NCBI GenBank assembly: GCA_964291625.2
Contig: OZ220089.1
Location: 1,024,001-1,088,000 of the forward strand
Direction: 5' to 3'
DNA length: 64,000 nucleotides
Source of the DNA: Candidatus Latescibacterota bacterium
Lineage (GTDB): Bacteria > Latescibacterota > UBA2968 > UBA8231
Made by a program: the position numbers and the translations under genes. Within the stretch, counting starts at the first letter, position 1. Every line of letters starts with the position of its first letter. Positions 23,281 to 32,995 of this stretch are shown here, piece by piece. The notes under the pieces were generated by a model. That model had not been told where the DNA came from, did not search any database, and saw only the letters and a program-made list of their open reading frames with translations.

Positions 23281-24543
23281 TCAGCGGCACAGGTAGTCGA
23301 CGCAGGTGGCGGCATGGACCTTCAGCACCTGCCCGAACTCCGGCTCGAGGATGGACTCGTCGGGGACGGCGATGTTCTCCAGGTCCGTTCCGTAGATCGC
23401 CGCAGGGATCCCCCGCTGCCACCAGAACCGGGTATCCGTCGAGCCGTAGCTGGTGTTGATCTCGATCTCGCGCCCCGTGACGGCGCGGGCGTTGGCGGCC
23501 ACGGCGCGCACGATCTCCTCGTCGGGGGACGAGCAGGCCGCCTCCAGGCAGTCCGTCCATTCGAGGCCGATCTCGCCGCGGTCGAAGCCGGTGCCGGCCA
23601 GGACCTCCTCCACCTTCTCCTGCAGGTCCCGCGTCGACACGCCGATAGGGGTGCGGAAGTCGACCTCCATGCGGCAGGCCGTGGGGATCGTGTTGCTCTG
23701 CACGCCGCCCTGGATCACGCCGACATTGACCGTGGTCGAATCGGCCACCCACTCCTTGCCGGCCAGCTCGCCCCGCCGGACCGAGCGGTCCCTCCCCCGG
23801 TCCACGGCGCCGGCCACCTCGGGCGGGGTCACTAGGCGCCAGCCCTTCAGCGTCATCAGCGCCCCGGCCACGGTCATCGCCCTGGCGATGGCGTCGTCCT
23901 CCACCGGCACCGCCGCCAGGCCGCCGCCGTGTCGGGTCTCGACGACCAGCGTGTACTTGCCCTTGTGGCCGATCAGCACCTGGTCCATGCAGGTGGGCTC
24001 GCTGTTGAGGCAGGCGTCGCCGCGGGTCATGGGCACGTTGTCCAGCAGCCAGTCCGAGCCCCAGAACCCGCCCGTCTCCTCGTCGCCCACCAGGGTCAGG
24101 GTCAGCTGCCCCCGGATGGGGACCTCCAGCTCGTGGAGCAGCACCAGCGACAGCAGGGAGGCCACCGATCCCGCCTTCATGTCGCCCACGCCGCGGCCGA
24201 GGATGCGGCCGTCCCGGCACTCGCCGGAGTAGGGGTCGAAGGACCAGTCCTCCGGGTCCCCCGCCGGGAACTGGTCCAGGTGGCCGTTGAGGACGAGGTT
24301 GCGGCCGGCCTCGCGGCCCCGGATCCAGGAGACCAGGCTCTGCACCGTCGGCTGGGGCTCGTAGGCGTCGGCGGGCAGACCTTTCGACTTCAGGTAGCGG
24401 ACCAGGTACTCGACACAGGCCGTGGTGTCGCCGGGCGGGTTGTCCGTGGGGATGGCGACCACGTCGCGCAGCACCCCCAGGAACTCCGGCATCCGGCGGT
24501 CGACCTCGGCGAAGAGGCGCCGCTTCAGGTCGTCGGTGTTCAT
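23281..24543 (-). CDS. M20 family metallo-hydrolase (ArgE/DapE-like)
   Basis: LNGHLDQ, GRGVGDMK, GDEETGG and N-terminal TDNPPG. ATG at 24543 overlaps the upstream stop. Confidence 0.87.
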   Translation of the reverse strand: MNTDDLKRRLFAEVDRRMPEFLGVLRDVVAIPTDNPPGDTTACVEYLVRYLKSKGLPADAYEPQPTVQSLVSWIRGREAGRNLVLNGHLDQFPAGDPEDWSFDPYSGECRDGRILGRGVGDMKAGSVASLLSLVLLHELEVPIRGQLTLTLVGDEETGGFWGSDWLLDNVPMTRGDACLNSEPTCMDQVLIGHKGKYTLVVETRHGGGLAAVPVEDDAIARAMTVAGALMTLKGWRLVTPPEVAGAVDRGRDRSVRRGELAGKEWVADSTTVNVGVIQGGVQSNTIPTACRMEVDFRTPIGVSTRDLQEKVEEVLAGTGFDRGEIGLEWTDCLEAACSSPDEEIVRAVAANARAVTGREIEINTSYGSTDTRFWWQRGIPAAIYGTDLENIAVPDESILEPEFGQVLKVHAATCVDYLCR

Positions 24544-25454
24544 TCCAGCCACTCCGGGTGACGGGCCCGCAGGCCGGCGACGCAGGCCTCGTAGACCTCG
24601 AGGGGAAAGGACTGGTACGGCGACAGCAGCCGCAGGGGCATGTCGATGCCGCTGGCGCGCACGATCATCTTGTCCCAGGCGCCGTCGATCAGGTCGCCGA
24701 AGGCCTTCGCCGGCTCCCAGAACACGTCGGCCACGGCGAGGTACTCGGCGTGGAGGCGGGCCAGCTCGCCGAAGCGGCCCGACCTGCCCAGCTCGAAGAG
24801 CTCCTTCGTCTGCGCCGGGAACATGGCGCCGTACGAGGACAGGAGCCCGCACTCTCCGTGCCGGCAGCCGAGGGGGAAGTTGGCCTCTCCGTAGAAGTGC
24901 ATCAGCTCCGTCTCCCGCGCCAGCTCCAGGGTCTCGCCGATGCCGAGGCCGGTGCTCTTGGTGCCCACGAGGTTGCCCACGGCGTCCTGCAGCCGCCGGT
25001 AATCGGCGGCGTAGAGCAGCCGCTTCGGCCGCGGCAGGTTGTAGTGCACGAACCTCGCATCCGGGAAGGAACCGCACACATCGGTGAAGTACGTCAGCAG
25101 CTCGGCGTCGTTGAGCGCCTCCCAGGGCGGCAGGGAGATCTGGAAGACCCGGAAGCCGGCGTCGCAGGCGATGCCGACGCGCTCGACGACCTGCGCCGTG
25201 GACATGCCGAGGCAGCCGACCATGGGATGGACGCCCTCGCGGTCGGTCTCCTCGCGGAAGACGGCGACGATCTCCCGGAAGACGGGCACGGTCACGGCGT
25301 AGCCCTCGCCGGCGGTGCCGAAGATGTAGAGGTTGTCGAACCGGTCCAGCGCCGCCCGGATCTCCTGGCGGAAGACCTCCTCCATCAGGCGCTCCTCGTC
25401 GTCCCAGGGGATCTCGCAACTCACCAGGATCGCGGCATGATACCGTTTCGTCAC
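24540..25454 (-). CDS. Dihydrodipicolinate synthase-family (class I aldolase/lyase) protein
   Basis: YIFGTAGEG, HYNLPR and the Schiff-base GTKST motif. Confidence 0.8.
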   Translation of the reverse strand: MTKRYHAAILVSCEIPWDDEERLMEEVFRQEIRAALDRFDNLYIFGTAGEGYAVTVPVFREIVAVFREETDREGVHPMVGCLGMSTAQVVERVGIACDAGFRVFQISLPPWEALNDAELLTYFTDVCGSFPDARFVHYNLPRPKRLLYAADYRRLQDAVGNLVGTKSTGLGIGETLELARETELMHFYGEANFPLGCRHGECGLLSSYGAMFPAQTKELFELGRSGRFGELARLHAEYLAVADVFWEPAKAFGDLIDGAWDKMIVRASGIDMPLRLLSPYQSFPLEVYEACVAGLRARHPEWLE

Positions 25455-25480
25455 TGCTGCCTCCTCGGGGCCGGCGCCCC

Positions 25481-25650
25481 TCAGCTGCCCGCCTCACGCG
25501 TTACGGACGACTCGAAGAACCGCTCCTGGAATTCCGTGAGGGCGAGGATCTGCTCATCGGAGTACTCCCTGCCGTGGGGTACGACGATCAGCTTGTCGTC
25601 ATCGTCGTCGGATCGTTGAATCACGGCGATGCAACATCGACCGCCCATCC
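25481..25650 (-). pseudogene. Probable C-terminal remnant of a small inorganic pyrophosphatase-family gene
   Basis: GRCCIAVIQRSDDDDDKLIVVPHGREYSDEQILALTEFQERFFES resembles, from memory, the C-terminal half of small PPase-like proteins. The N-terminal DRP...YPxNYG half is absent. Confidence 0.55.
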
Positions 25651-25731
25651 TGAGACCGTCAGCAAGAAAGACCTTGATTGCGCTCTCGATCAAGCGGATC
25701 CTGTGACCGCCGCGGGAGATCCTCCCCTCCC

Positions 25732-26004
25732 ATGGAACTCGATATCAGGGTGCAGCCGAAGGCCGGACGGAACAGCGTCGAGGTCGACGGCGACAGGGTC
25801 ACGGTGCGGGTGACCGCACCTCCTGAAGGCGGCAAGGCCAACGCAGCCGTCGTGGCCCTGCTGGCCAAGCGCCTCGAGGTCGCCAGGGGGAGGGTGCAGA
25901 TCGTGGGCGGGCACAAGGGGCGTGACAAGCGGGTGCGCATCGAGGATGTTGCGCCCGGAGAGCTCCTCGCCCGCTTGTCCCGGATCCAGGAGGAAAGAGG
26001 ATGA
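25732..26004 (+). CDS. DUF167/YggU family protein
   Basis: IRVQPKA, VTAPPEGGKANAA and GHKGRDK. Confidence 0.88.
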   Translation: MELDIRVQPKAGRNSVEVDGDRVTVRVTAPPEGGKANAAVVALLAKRLEVARGRVQIVGGHKGRDKRVRIEDVAPGELLARLSRIQEERG

Positions 26005-26708
26005 AGTCGAACAGGGCGGACGCAAAGGCAGTCGGCATGCCGCCCTGGCTGCTGGCGGCGCTGGTGGTCGCCCTTCTGGCGCTTCCTGGCATCGGTGCTC
26101 GTTACTGGCTCAACGGGGATCTCCACATCATCCACTCTCTGCTGAGTCTGTTCTTCTCGATCAATCTGCTGATCTGCTACTGGGAGGTGTGTCTGTTTCT
26201 CAGGCGGGACCATATCGAGACGCGCACGGAGTTCTGGCGCAGGCGGCAGCGTGAGACCGGGCGAACGCCGGCCGTCGAGTTCCTCTCCTGCAAGGTGCCC
26301 CTGAGACAGGCCTGGTCCCCCACTCTCTGGGCGGATGTCTGGGCCACGTATTCGCTCTTCGATGGATCGTTTGCGGATCGCCGCACATGGGGGTTCAATG
26401 CCGATGTGGCCAACGGTTTCGTGACGCCGGTTCCGACACTGATCCTCTACGCGGCCTGTACCGTCGGTTTCCTGCCGCCAGTCGTCGCCGGCATCCTCGG
26501 GCTCATGCTATGCTGGCAGTGGACCTACGTGACGTCGGTCTACTGGGTCAGTTTCCTCCTGGCCAGGAGGCAGCGCGAGATCACCAGGGCCGAGCTGTAC
26601 ACCTACATCGGCGCCATGAATGCCCCCTGGGTGCTGTTCGCGTTGCTGGGACTGTACGTGTCCCTTCGCCTGATCCTGGACGGCGACTACGGCGCTCTGG
26701 GGTACTGA
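26001..26708 (+). CDS. Integral membrane protein, EXPERA/EBP-like
   Basis: Several hydrophobic helices with WE, W.TY..FD..F and NAPW motifs reminiscent of EXPERA; GGAAAGAGG RBS and ATGA coupling. Confidence 0.55.
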   Translation: MKSNRADAKAVGMPPWLLAALVVALLALPGIGARYWLNGDLHIIHSLLSLFFSINLLICYWEVCLFLRRDHIETRTEFWRRRQRETGRTPAVEFLSCKVPLRQAWSPTLWADVWATYSLFDGSFADRRTWGFNADVANGFVTPVPTLILYAACTVGFLPPVVAGILGLMLCWQWTYVTSVYWVSFLLARRQREITRAELYTYIGAMNAPWVLFALLGLYVSLRLILDGDYGALGY

Positions 26709-26780
26709 CCGCCGGTCCTTTCCCCGGGAAGCCACCGCCTCTACACTACCCGATTCCCCTTCCACCACCCCGACCCGCCA

Positions 26781-27617
26781 GTGACAAACGCCCAATCCGC
26801 CCCCGAGAAGCCGTATCTCCTCGGCACCGACGCCGAGGAGGGACGGCGGCTCGAGCGGCAGCATCGCCTGTGGTCGCGGGAAACGCACGACCTCTGGGAG
26901 CGCGCCGGATTCGGTCCGGGCGACCGTCTGCTCGATCTCGGCTGCGGTCCGGGATTCGCCGCTCTCGAGCTGGCGCACCGGGTCGGTGCCGGCGGACAGG
27001 TGATCGCCGTGGACGAGTCGCGCCGATTCATCGAGACCCTGGTCCGGGAGTCGGGGCGGCGAGGGCTCGCCCAGCTCGAGGCGCGCCTGGAGCAGGTCGA
27101 AGCCCTGCGGCTCGAGCCCGGTTGCCTCGACGGCGCCTTCGCGCGCTGGCTGTTCTGCTTTCTCCCGGACCCGGCGCCGGTCGTCGAGAGGGTCGTGTCG
27201 GGCCTGCGGCCGGGGGGCCGCTTCGTGGTCTGGGACTACATGAACTACCGGGCGACGAAGCTGCATCCGCAGAGCCCGGCGTGCGACCGCGTGCTCGCGG
27301 CGGTATACGAAAGCTGGCGCCTCAGCGGAGGAGATCTCGATGTCGGCGCCCGGCTTCCCGGCTTGCTCGCGGCCTCCGGATGCAACGTGGTCGATCTGGT
27401 TCCGATCGTGCGCTTCGCCCGGCCCGGCACGGCCCTGTGGGAGTGGCCGACGGGGTTCTTCTTCGGCTACATGCCGCGGCTGGTGGAAGCCGGCCTGCTG
27501 ACGGAAACGGAACGCCGCGCCTTCGAGGCCGAGTGGCGTGAACTCGAGCGGGACCCCGGCGCCTTCCTGTCGGCGCCGCCCATGGTGGGAATCATCGCGG
27601 AGAAGCGCCGGTCATGA
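26781..27617 (+). CDS. Class I SAM-dependent methyltransferase
   Basis: YLLG...E..RLERQH, LDLGCGPG and LRPGG. Confidence 0.88.
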   Translation: MTNAQSAPEKPYLLGTDAEEGRRLERQHRLWSRETHDLWERAGFGPGDRLLDLGCGPGFAALELAHRVGAGGQVIAVDESRRFIETLVRESGRRGLAQLEARLEQVEALRLEPGCLDGAFARWLFCFLPDPAPVVERVVSGLRPGGRFVVWDYMNYRATKLHPQSPACDRVLAAVYESWRLSGGDLDVGARLPGLLAASGCNVVDLVPIVRFARPGTALWEWPTGFFFGYMPRLVEAGLLTETERRAFEAEWRELERDPGAFLSAPPMVGIIAEKRRS

Positions 27618-28396
27618 GCGACGAGGCGTACGCCCTGGGCCACTCCCAACTGGCAGCCGAACGGCTGCAGCTGGTGGCGCGGCTCTTCGAGCCCGAGATG
27701 AGGCAATTCATCCGGGACGCCGCTCCCCCTCGGCCCAGGGTCGCGGTGGACCTCGGCTGCGGCCCCGGCTGCACCACCCGGCTCCTGCAGGAAGTCTCGG
27801 GCGCCGCCCTGGCCGTCGGCGTCGACCTGTCGGAGGACTTCCTGCGACTGGCGGACTCCGCCCCGGCGCTGCGGTTCGTGCGGCACGACCTGACCGAGGG
27901 CCCGCCGCCGGTGGCAGCCGCGGACCTTCTGTTCTGCCACCTGCTGCTCTCTCACCTCGCGGACCCGGTGGGGGCCATCGAGTCCTGGAAGGCCTGCCTG
28001 ACCCCCGCGGGTGTCATCCTCGTGGACGAGGTCGATTCCATCCAGACGGATGACCCGGTCTTCGTCGAGTACCTGGCCCTGGTGGAAGAAGCGATCGCCG
28101 GCCGCGGAGGCGAGCTCTACGTGGGCCGGAAGCTGGCGGAGGCCGGAGCACCGAGGGGCCTGCGCCTCCGCTCCAGCCGAGTCGCGCCGCAGGGCGTGGC
28201 TGCTAGGGACGCGGCCGCCATGTTCGGGATGACCTTCCAGACGCTCCGCGAGGACCGCGCGGTGCAGGCCGCGGCCGGTCCCGCGGGACTTGCGGCCCTG
28301 GGCCGGGCCCTCGACGCCAGGACCACACGCGAAGATCAGCACCCGCTCGAGTGGAGCATGCGGCAGATCGTCTACGAGCCGCGGCCCTCGGCCTGA
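27614..28396 (+). CDS. Class I SAM-dependent methyltransferase
   Basis: VDLGCGPG, GVDLS and LTPAG; ATGA overlap with the previous gene. Confidence 0.85.
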   Translation: MSDEAYALGHSQLAAERLQLVARLFEPEMRQFIRDAAPPRPRVAVDLGCGPGCTTRLLQEVSGAALAVGVDLSEDFLRLADSAPALRFVRHDLTEGPPPVAAADLLFCHLLLSHLADPVGAIESWKACLTPAGVILVDEVDSIQTDDPVFVEYLALVEEAIAGRGGELYVGRKLAEAGAPRGLRLRSSRVAPQGVAARDAAAMFGMTFQTLREDRAVQAAAGPAGLAALGRALDARTTREDQHPLEWSMRQIVYEPRPSA

Positions 28397-28399
28397 CCG

Positions 28400-29893
28400 A
28401 TGCAACCCCCACCCACGCCCTTCCTCGACTGGTACGGCATCTGGCCGTCCCACCGCAAGCTCGAGGACGACGGCACCGTCTGGTCGCAGGACCCGCCCCG
28501 GGGCATCGCCCTGGAGCCCGAAGTCGCCCGCAAGTCCGAGGTCTTCTTCCACAAGGAGCGCCCCTGGGAGCAGGGAGCCAACCTGCAGATCAACGCCATG
28601 CTCCACGAGGACGGGCGCTACCGGCTCTGGTACGGCGTGCAGCGCCTCGACGACATCACCCGCTCTTGCGTCTGCTACGCCGAGAGCGACGACGGCTTTG
28701 ACTGGCGGCGGCCGGATCTCGGCTTGTGCGAGTACGAAGGCTCGACCCGGAACAACATCATCAGCCTCGATCGCGACCATCCCCTCGGCTGCGTCTTCCT
28801 CGACCCCGGCGCCCCGGCGGCCGAGCGCTACAAGGCCGTCGGCCCGGGGGCGCGGTACTTCCGCGGCGGCCGGCCCGACCCGGAGATGGACTCGGCGCGC
28901 TTCAAGGCCCTGCTCGTGGCCCGCGACCTCGGCGACGTGTCGGCCGGCGAGAAGGCCCGGGGCATCGAGATCCGCCAGCAGTTGCTGGGCGCCACCTCTC
29001 CCGACGGCATCCACTGGACGAATCTCGGCGCCCCCGTCTTCGACGCCGGCGCGACCCAGCTCGACACCCACAACCTCTGCGCCTACGACCCCCACGAGGG
29101 GCGGTACGTGGCCTACCTGCGGGGACACATCGACCGCCGGCGCCTGGTGCGCCGCGCCTCGGGGCCCCGGTTCGACGCACTGGCCGACCCGCGGCCCTGC
29201 CTCCTGCCCGACCCCCTGGACCCGATCGACGACGACATCTACAGCCCCTGCTACACGCCCTACCCCGGCGCGCAGCCGCGCTACCTGATGTTCCCGTCGG
29301 TCTACCACCGCATCGCCTCCACCGTCGACGTGCAGCTCGCCGTCAGCCGCGACAGCCACCACTGGGTGCGGCCCTTCCGCCGGCCCATCATCGATCTGGC
29401 CCATGAGGACGGGACCTACGGCCAGCTCTACGCCTGCCCGAACCTCATCGCCGACGGCCGCAACTGGCGGCTGCCCTTCAGAGGCTACCAGCGCCGCCAC
29501 GACTTCCTCCGCCGCGGCGCCGTCTACCCCGAGGACGGGGAGTTCCGCTGGGCCTGCTGGGAGCCGGACCGGCTCGCCGGGATCGAGGCCGGGGGCGAGG
29601 GGCGGGTCACCCTCATCGAGCGGACCTGCTCCGGCGGCGAGCTGCTGCTCAACTATCGCACCGCCCCGGACGGCTGGATCAAGGCGGAGATCGTGCAGAC
29701 CATTCACACCCCTCCCCGCCCCGTTGACGCCCACCCCGGCTTCTCGCTCTCCGAGGCCGATCCCCTCACGGGAGACTCCATCTCCGAAGCGGCGAGCTGG
29801 CGGGGCCGCGCCGACCTGACGGCCCTCGGGGGGGAGAACGTCGGCCTCCGGTTCCACCTGTACAAGGCCAAGCTGTTCTCGGTATCGATCTGA
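28400..29893 (+). CDS. Hypothetical protein, probable five-bladed beta-propeller glycoside hydrolase-like (GH32/43/130-like fold)
   Basis: Asp-box-like repeats YAESDDGFDW, ATSPDGIHW and VSRDSHHW; C-terminal beta-sandwich. Confidence 0.6.
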   Translation: MQPPPTPFLDWYGIWPSHRKLEDDGTVWSQDPPRGIALEPEVARKSEVFFHKERPWEQGANLQINAMLHEDGRYRLWYGVQRLDDITRSCVCYAESDDGFDWRRPDLGLCEYEGSTRNNIISLDRDHPLGCVFLDPGAPAAERYKAVGPGARYFRGGRPDPEMDSARFKALLVARDLGDVSAGEKARGIEIRQQLLGATSPDGIHWTNLGAPVFDAGATQLDTHNLCAYDPHEGRYVAYLRGHIDRRRLVRRASGPRFDALADPRPCLLPDPLDPIDDDIYSPCYTPYPGAQPRYLMFPSVYHRIASTVDVQLAVSRDSHHWVRPFRRPIIDLAHEDGTYGQLYACPNLIADGRNWRLPFRGYQRRHDFLRRGAVYPEDGEFRWACWEPDRLAGIEAGGEGRVTLIERTCSGGELLLNYRTAPDGWIKAEIVQTIHTPPRPVDAHPGFSLSEADPLTGDSISEAASWRGRADLTALGGENVGLRFHLYKAKLFSVSI

Positions 29894-29986
29894 GGGTTCG
29901 GCGCGGCACCGGGAACTCCGAAGAACCAGGGACGCCGCGCCTCCATCGCCTGTCGCTCAACCCGCCCATCGCAGACGGAGGAATCC

Positions 29987-30472
29987 ATGCCGGGCCGCAC
30001 AGTGACCGCAGCATCCATTGCAGCCATTGCAGCCATCGCCGCCGGCGTCATCTCCATCGCCGCCGCCCACGAGGACGATCACGCGGCCGCGGAGCCCGGC
30101 CGCACGGCCTTCACCGCCATGACGCCGATCCTCAACGTCAAGAGCGTCGAGGCGAGCATCGAGCACTACACGTCGGTCCTCGGGTTCCGCAAGGAGTGGG
30201 ACTGGCCCGCCGAGGACGAGGACAAGAGCTTCGCCTCCATATCCAATGGCCGGGCGCGCCTCTACCTGGCCGAGAACAACCAGGGCGCCCGGCCCGTGTG
30301 GATCTACTACGGCGTCGATGACGTCGACGCGCTGCACGAGGATTACCTGGCGGCCGGAGCGGAGATAAGGCAGGAGCCCACCGACAGGCCCTGGGGCGCC
30401 CGGGAGATGCTGGTGGCGGACCTGGACGGCCACGTCCTGCGCATCGGGGGCCCGGTCGAGGGGGACCACTAG
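29987..30472 (+). CDS. VOC/glyoxalase/bleomycin-resistance family protein
   Basis: SIEHYTSVLGF, VDDVDALH and PTDRPWGAREMLVADLDGH; GGAGG RBS. Confidence 0.88.
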   Translation: MPGRTVTAASIAAIAAIAAGVISIAAAHEDDHAAAEPGRTAFTAMTPILNVKSVEASIEHYTSVLGFRKEWDWPAEDEDKSFASISNGRARLYLAENNQGARPVWIYYGVDDVDALHEDYLAAGAEIRQEPTDRPWGAREMLVADLDGHVLRIGGPVEGDH

Positions 30473-30529
30473 CCGTGGGCCGGCGAAGTGGCTGGCCTGC
30501 CCGGCGAGGATGACACCCGAGGAGGAGGT

Positions 30530-31726
30530 ATGGCCAGGATCGTCGTCGGTTTCGAGGGAAGCTGTCCGCAGAGCGAGGAAGGCGTGCGGCCGGAGGGCGG
30601 CAACCGGTTCCGCGTCTTCCCCTCGTGGCGCCCGAGTCCGGGGATCAGCGAGGAAGCGGTCGGTCACAGCACCCGGCTGGGCCTGAGACTGGTGAACGAG
30701 TCGCCCGGGGCGGAGAGCGCCGTGCTCCTGGTGGACTGGCAGTACGACGAGGCGCCGCCCGACATGCCCAAGGGCCTGAGCCTGGACCGGTTCATGTCCT
30801 TCCGAGACTTCGTGGTCGTCCGCGAGCCGGGGCGCGAGTCCTGGCGAACCGTGATGGGGGACGTGGAGGGTTCGGTGGCCGCCTTCGAGGTGAGTCTGCC
30901 GCCGGGCGAGACGGAAGTCCACTGGCATCCGCCGTACACCTACACCCAGAGCGAGGCCTTCGTCGACTCCCTTCGGGGGCATCCCCGGGTGCAGGTCGAG
31001 CAGATCGGCGAGAGCGAGGAGGAGCGCCGCCTGCCGCTGCTGCGGATCACGGATTCAGGGCAACGGGAGAAGAGGCGCATGCTGATCGTCTCGCGCTTCC
31101 ACGCCTACGAGAGCGCCTCGAGCTATGCCGTGGAGGGCATGATCCAGTGGCTTCTGAGCGAGGATCCGTGGGCCGCCGCGGCGCTGCGGGGGTACGTCTT
31201 CTCCATCGCGCCCATGGCCAATCCCGATGGAGTGGTCAACGGCATGGGGCGCCTCACCGCCCCCCGGGGCGCGGACCTGATCATGTCGTCCACGGCGCCG
31301 GACAGGGCCCACCGGGCGCTCTGGGCGATGGTGGACCGCGTCCGGCCGCACTTCTTCATCGACCTGCACAACTGGCAGAACAAGCACAGCGATGGACTGT
31401 TGGGGCTGGAGCCCCGGCTGCGGGAGCGGTTCCTGAGGTTCATGCCGGACCAGGTGGAGTTCGGCAAGCACTGGCACATCCGGGAGCCCCGGCCGGTGAG
31501 CCCCACCCGGCCCGAACGCGAGCTGATGGGTGGATACTGCCGCCGCGAGTTCGGCGCCGGGGGGGTGGCCTTCGAGTTCCCCTGGTTCGGCCGAACGCCG
31601 GACGACGTTCGGGAGACCGGCCGCAGGGCGATCCGGGCCCTGCTGCGGGCCCTCGACGAGCCTTGTCCGGGGGTCTGGCTGTACGATCCCCCGGACAAGG
31701 GCTTTACCCTGAGCCCTTGTTGGTAG
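30530..31726 (+). CDS. M14 family zinc carboxypeptidase-like protein
   Basis: HAYE (HxxE), PMANPDG and IDLH; GGAGGAGG RBS before ATG 30530. Confidence 0.78.
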   Translation: MARIVVGFEGSCPQSEEGVRPEGGNRFRVFPSWRPSPGISEEAVGHSTRLGLRLVNESPGAESAVLLVDWQYDEAPPDMPKGLSLDRFMSFRDFVVVREPGRESWRTVMGDVEGSVAAFEVSLPPGETEVHWHPPYTYTQSEAFVDSLRGHPRVQVEQIGESEEERRLPLLRITDSGQREKRRMLIVSRFHAYESASSYAVEGMIQWLLSEDPWAAAALRGYVFSIAPMANPDGVVNGMGRLTAPRGADLIMSSTAPDRAHRALWAMVDRVRPHFFIDLHNWQNKHSDGLLGLEPRLRERFLRFMPDQVEFGKHWHIREPRPVSPTRPERELMGGYCRREFGAGGVAFEFPWFGRTPDDVRETGRRAIRALLRALDEPCPGVWLYDPPDKGFTLSPCW

Positions 31727-31779
31727 ACCGTATCTCCCCGGTCGTCGAACGAATGCACGCGAGACTGCAGGCGCAGACG

Positions 31780-32547
31780 CTATACCAGCTCCGAGACCCG
31801 CTGCGACTTCTCCCAGCGCAGGGCGACTTCCTGGTCGATGCCGCAGAGCCAGTTCCAGGTGCGCATGCGCCGCACCCGGTCGCGGTAGGACTCGACCTCG
31901 GTCACGTAGGCCAGACGCGGGCGGTCGCGGTAGGCGGGGATCTCCGGCGAATCGCAGAGCCAGTCCCGCCGCGGTTCGGCGGTGCGGTGATAGGAGAACT
32001 TGATCATGCTGCGGGCGCGGTCGTTGGTCTTGGGGCCGGCCTTGTGCCAGATGCCGTAGCGGGTCATGGCCACGGTGCCGGCAGGCACGGTCAGGGAGAC
32101 CTGGCCGCGGATGTCTCCGTAGTGGGCGATCGCCTCGCGGTCGACGGCGCGGCAATGGGAGCCCGGCAGGACCATGGTCGGGCCGTCGTCGAGGGCGACG
32201 CTGTGGGGGTAGTAGTAGCACTGCAGCTCGAAGACATCGTAGCCGCTGCCGGAGAGCCCGTCCGAATGCCAGGTCTGGCCGAGGTGCGGCTCCTTGAAGA
32301 AGTGGTGGTGGCCGCCGCGGGGCACGAGGAAGTCCTCGCCCAGAAGGGAGCGCGCGACGCCGGCGACCTCGGGATGGAGGAGCACCTGCCGGGTGAACTC
32401 CTCCGAGGCGATGAAGGCGTCGCAGTTGCCGGGGGCGAGATCGTCGCAGCGGCGGTTGAAGCTCTCGTCGATGACGCCTTCGAGGACGACCACACCCGAG
32501 GCGACGAAGTCCATGACGCCGTCGTCGTTCAGGGTCGGTTCAATCAT
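31780..32547 (-). CDS. Phytanoyl-CoA dioxygenase (PhyH) family Fe/2OG enzyme
   Basis: WHSD (HxD), GPTMVLPGSH, IWH and NDRAR. Confidence 0.82.
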   Translation of the reverse strand: MIEPTLNDDGVMDFVASGVVVLEGVIDESFNRRCDDLAPGNCDAFIASEEFTRQVLLHPEVAGVARSLLGEDFLVPRGGHHHFFKEPHLGQTWHSDGLSGSGYDVFELQCYYYPHSVALDDGPTMVLPGSHCRAVDREAIAHYGDIRGQVSLTVPAGTVAMTRYGIWHKAGPKTNDRARSMIKFSYHRTAEPRRDWLCDSPEIPAYRDRPRLAYVTEVESYRDRVRRMRTWNWLCGIDQEVALRWEKSQRVSELV

Positions 32548-32920
32548 GAGGACTGTTCTCCTGAACGAGCTTTTCGAGGACGAACTCGTAGCCGAGGTAG
32601 TCGTTGTCCTGACCCTCGTAGGCGTAGAGCTTGGCCATGGGGAACTGCACCACCCGCCAGCCATCGGCCACGGCGGCGAGGACCGATTCATAGGGCGGCT
32701 CGTCCCTGGGCAGGGTCGGCCCCTGGGGCCGCGTGGCGTCGTACAGGGCCCAGCTGGCCAGTTGCGAACGCATGTTGGTCGACTTGGAGTAGAGGTAGAG
32801 TATCTGCTGCCGGGGTTCGCCGAGCAGCTCGTCGAGACGGTCCAGGTCCTCGGCGGTGATCGCCCCGGTGCGGAGCTTGTCCCGGCACCGGGCCGACCAC
32901 TCTCTTGCAGCTTCGTGCAT
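32540..32920 (-). CDS. Small hypothetical protein (126 aa) coupled to the PhyH gene
   Basis: GGGGAG RBS, GC3-biased codons and 8-nt overlap with the PhyH start (MHEAAREW...GYEFVLEKLVQENSPHD). Confidence 0.68.
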   Translation of the reverse strand: MHEAAREWSARCRDKLRTGAITAEDLDRLDELLGEPRQQILYLYSKSTNMRSQLASWALYDATRPQGPTLPRDEPPYESVLAAVADGWRVVQFPMAKLYAYEGQDNDYLGYEFVLEKLVQENSPHD

Positions 32921-32995
32921 GTCAGGCTCCCCTGTCTGGCATGAGAGAGAAAGGAAACCGCCCTTGCTCGAGGCGGTCAACAGGAGGCGGGAGGC

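Noticed and set aside
30008-30040. Short 9-bp GCAGCCATT-type repeat (AAI) in the VOC gene's N-terminus
   Set aside because: Two to three imperfect in-frame copies in a signal-like segment; too weak to call a contingency locus.
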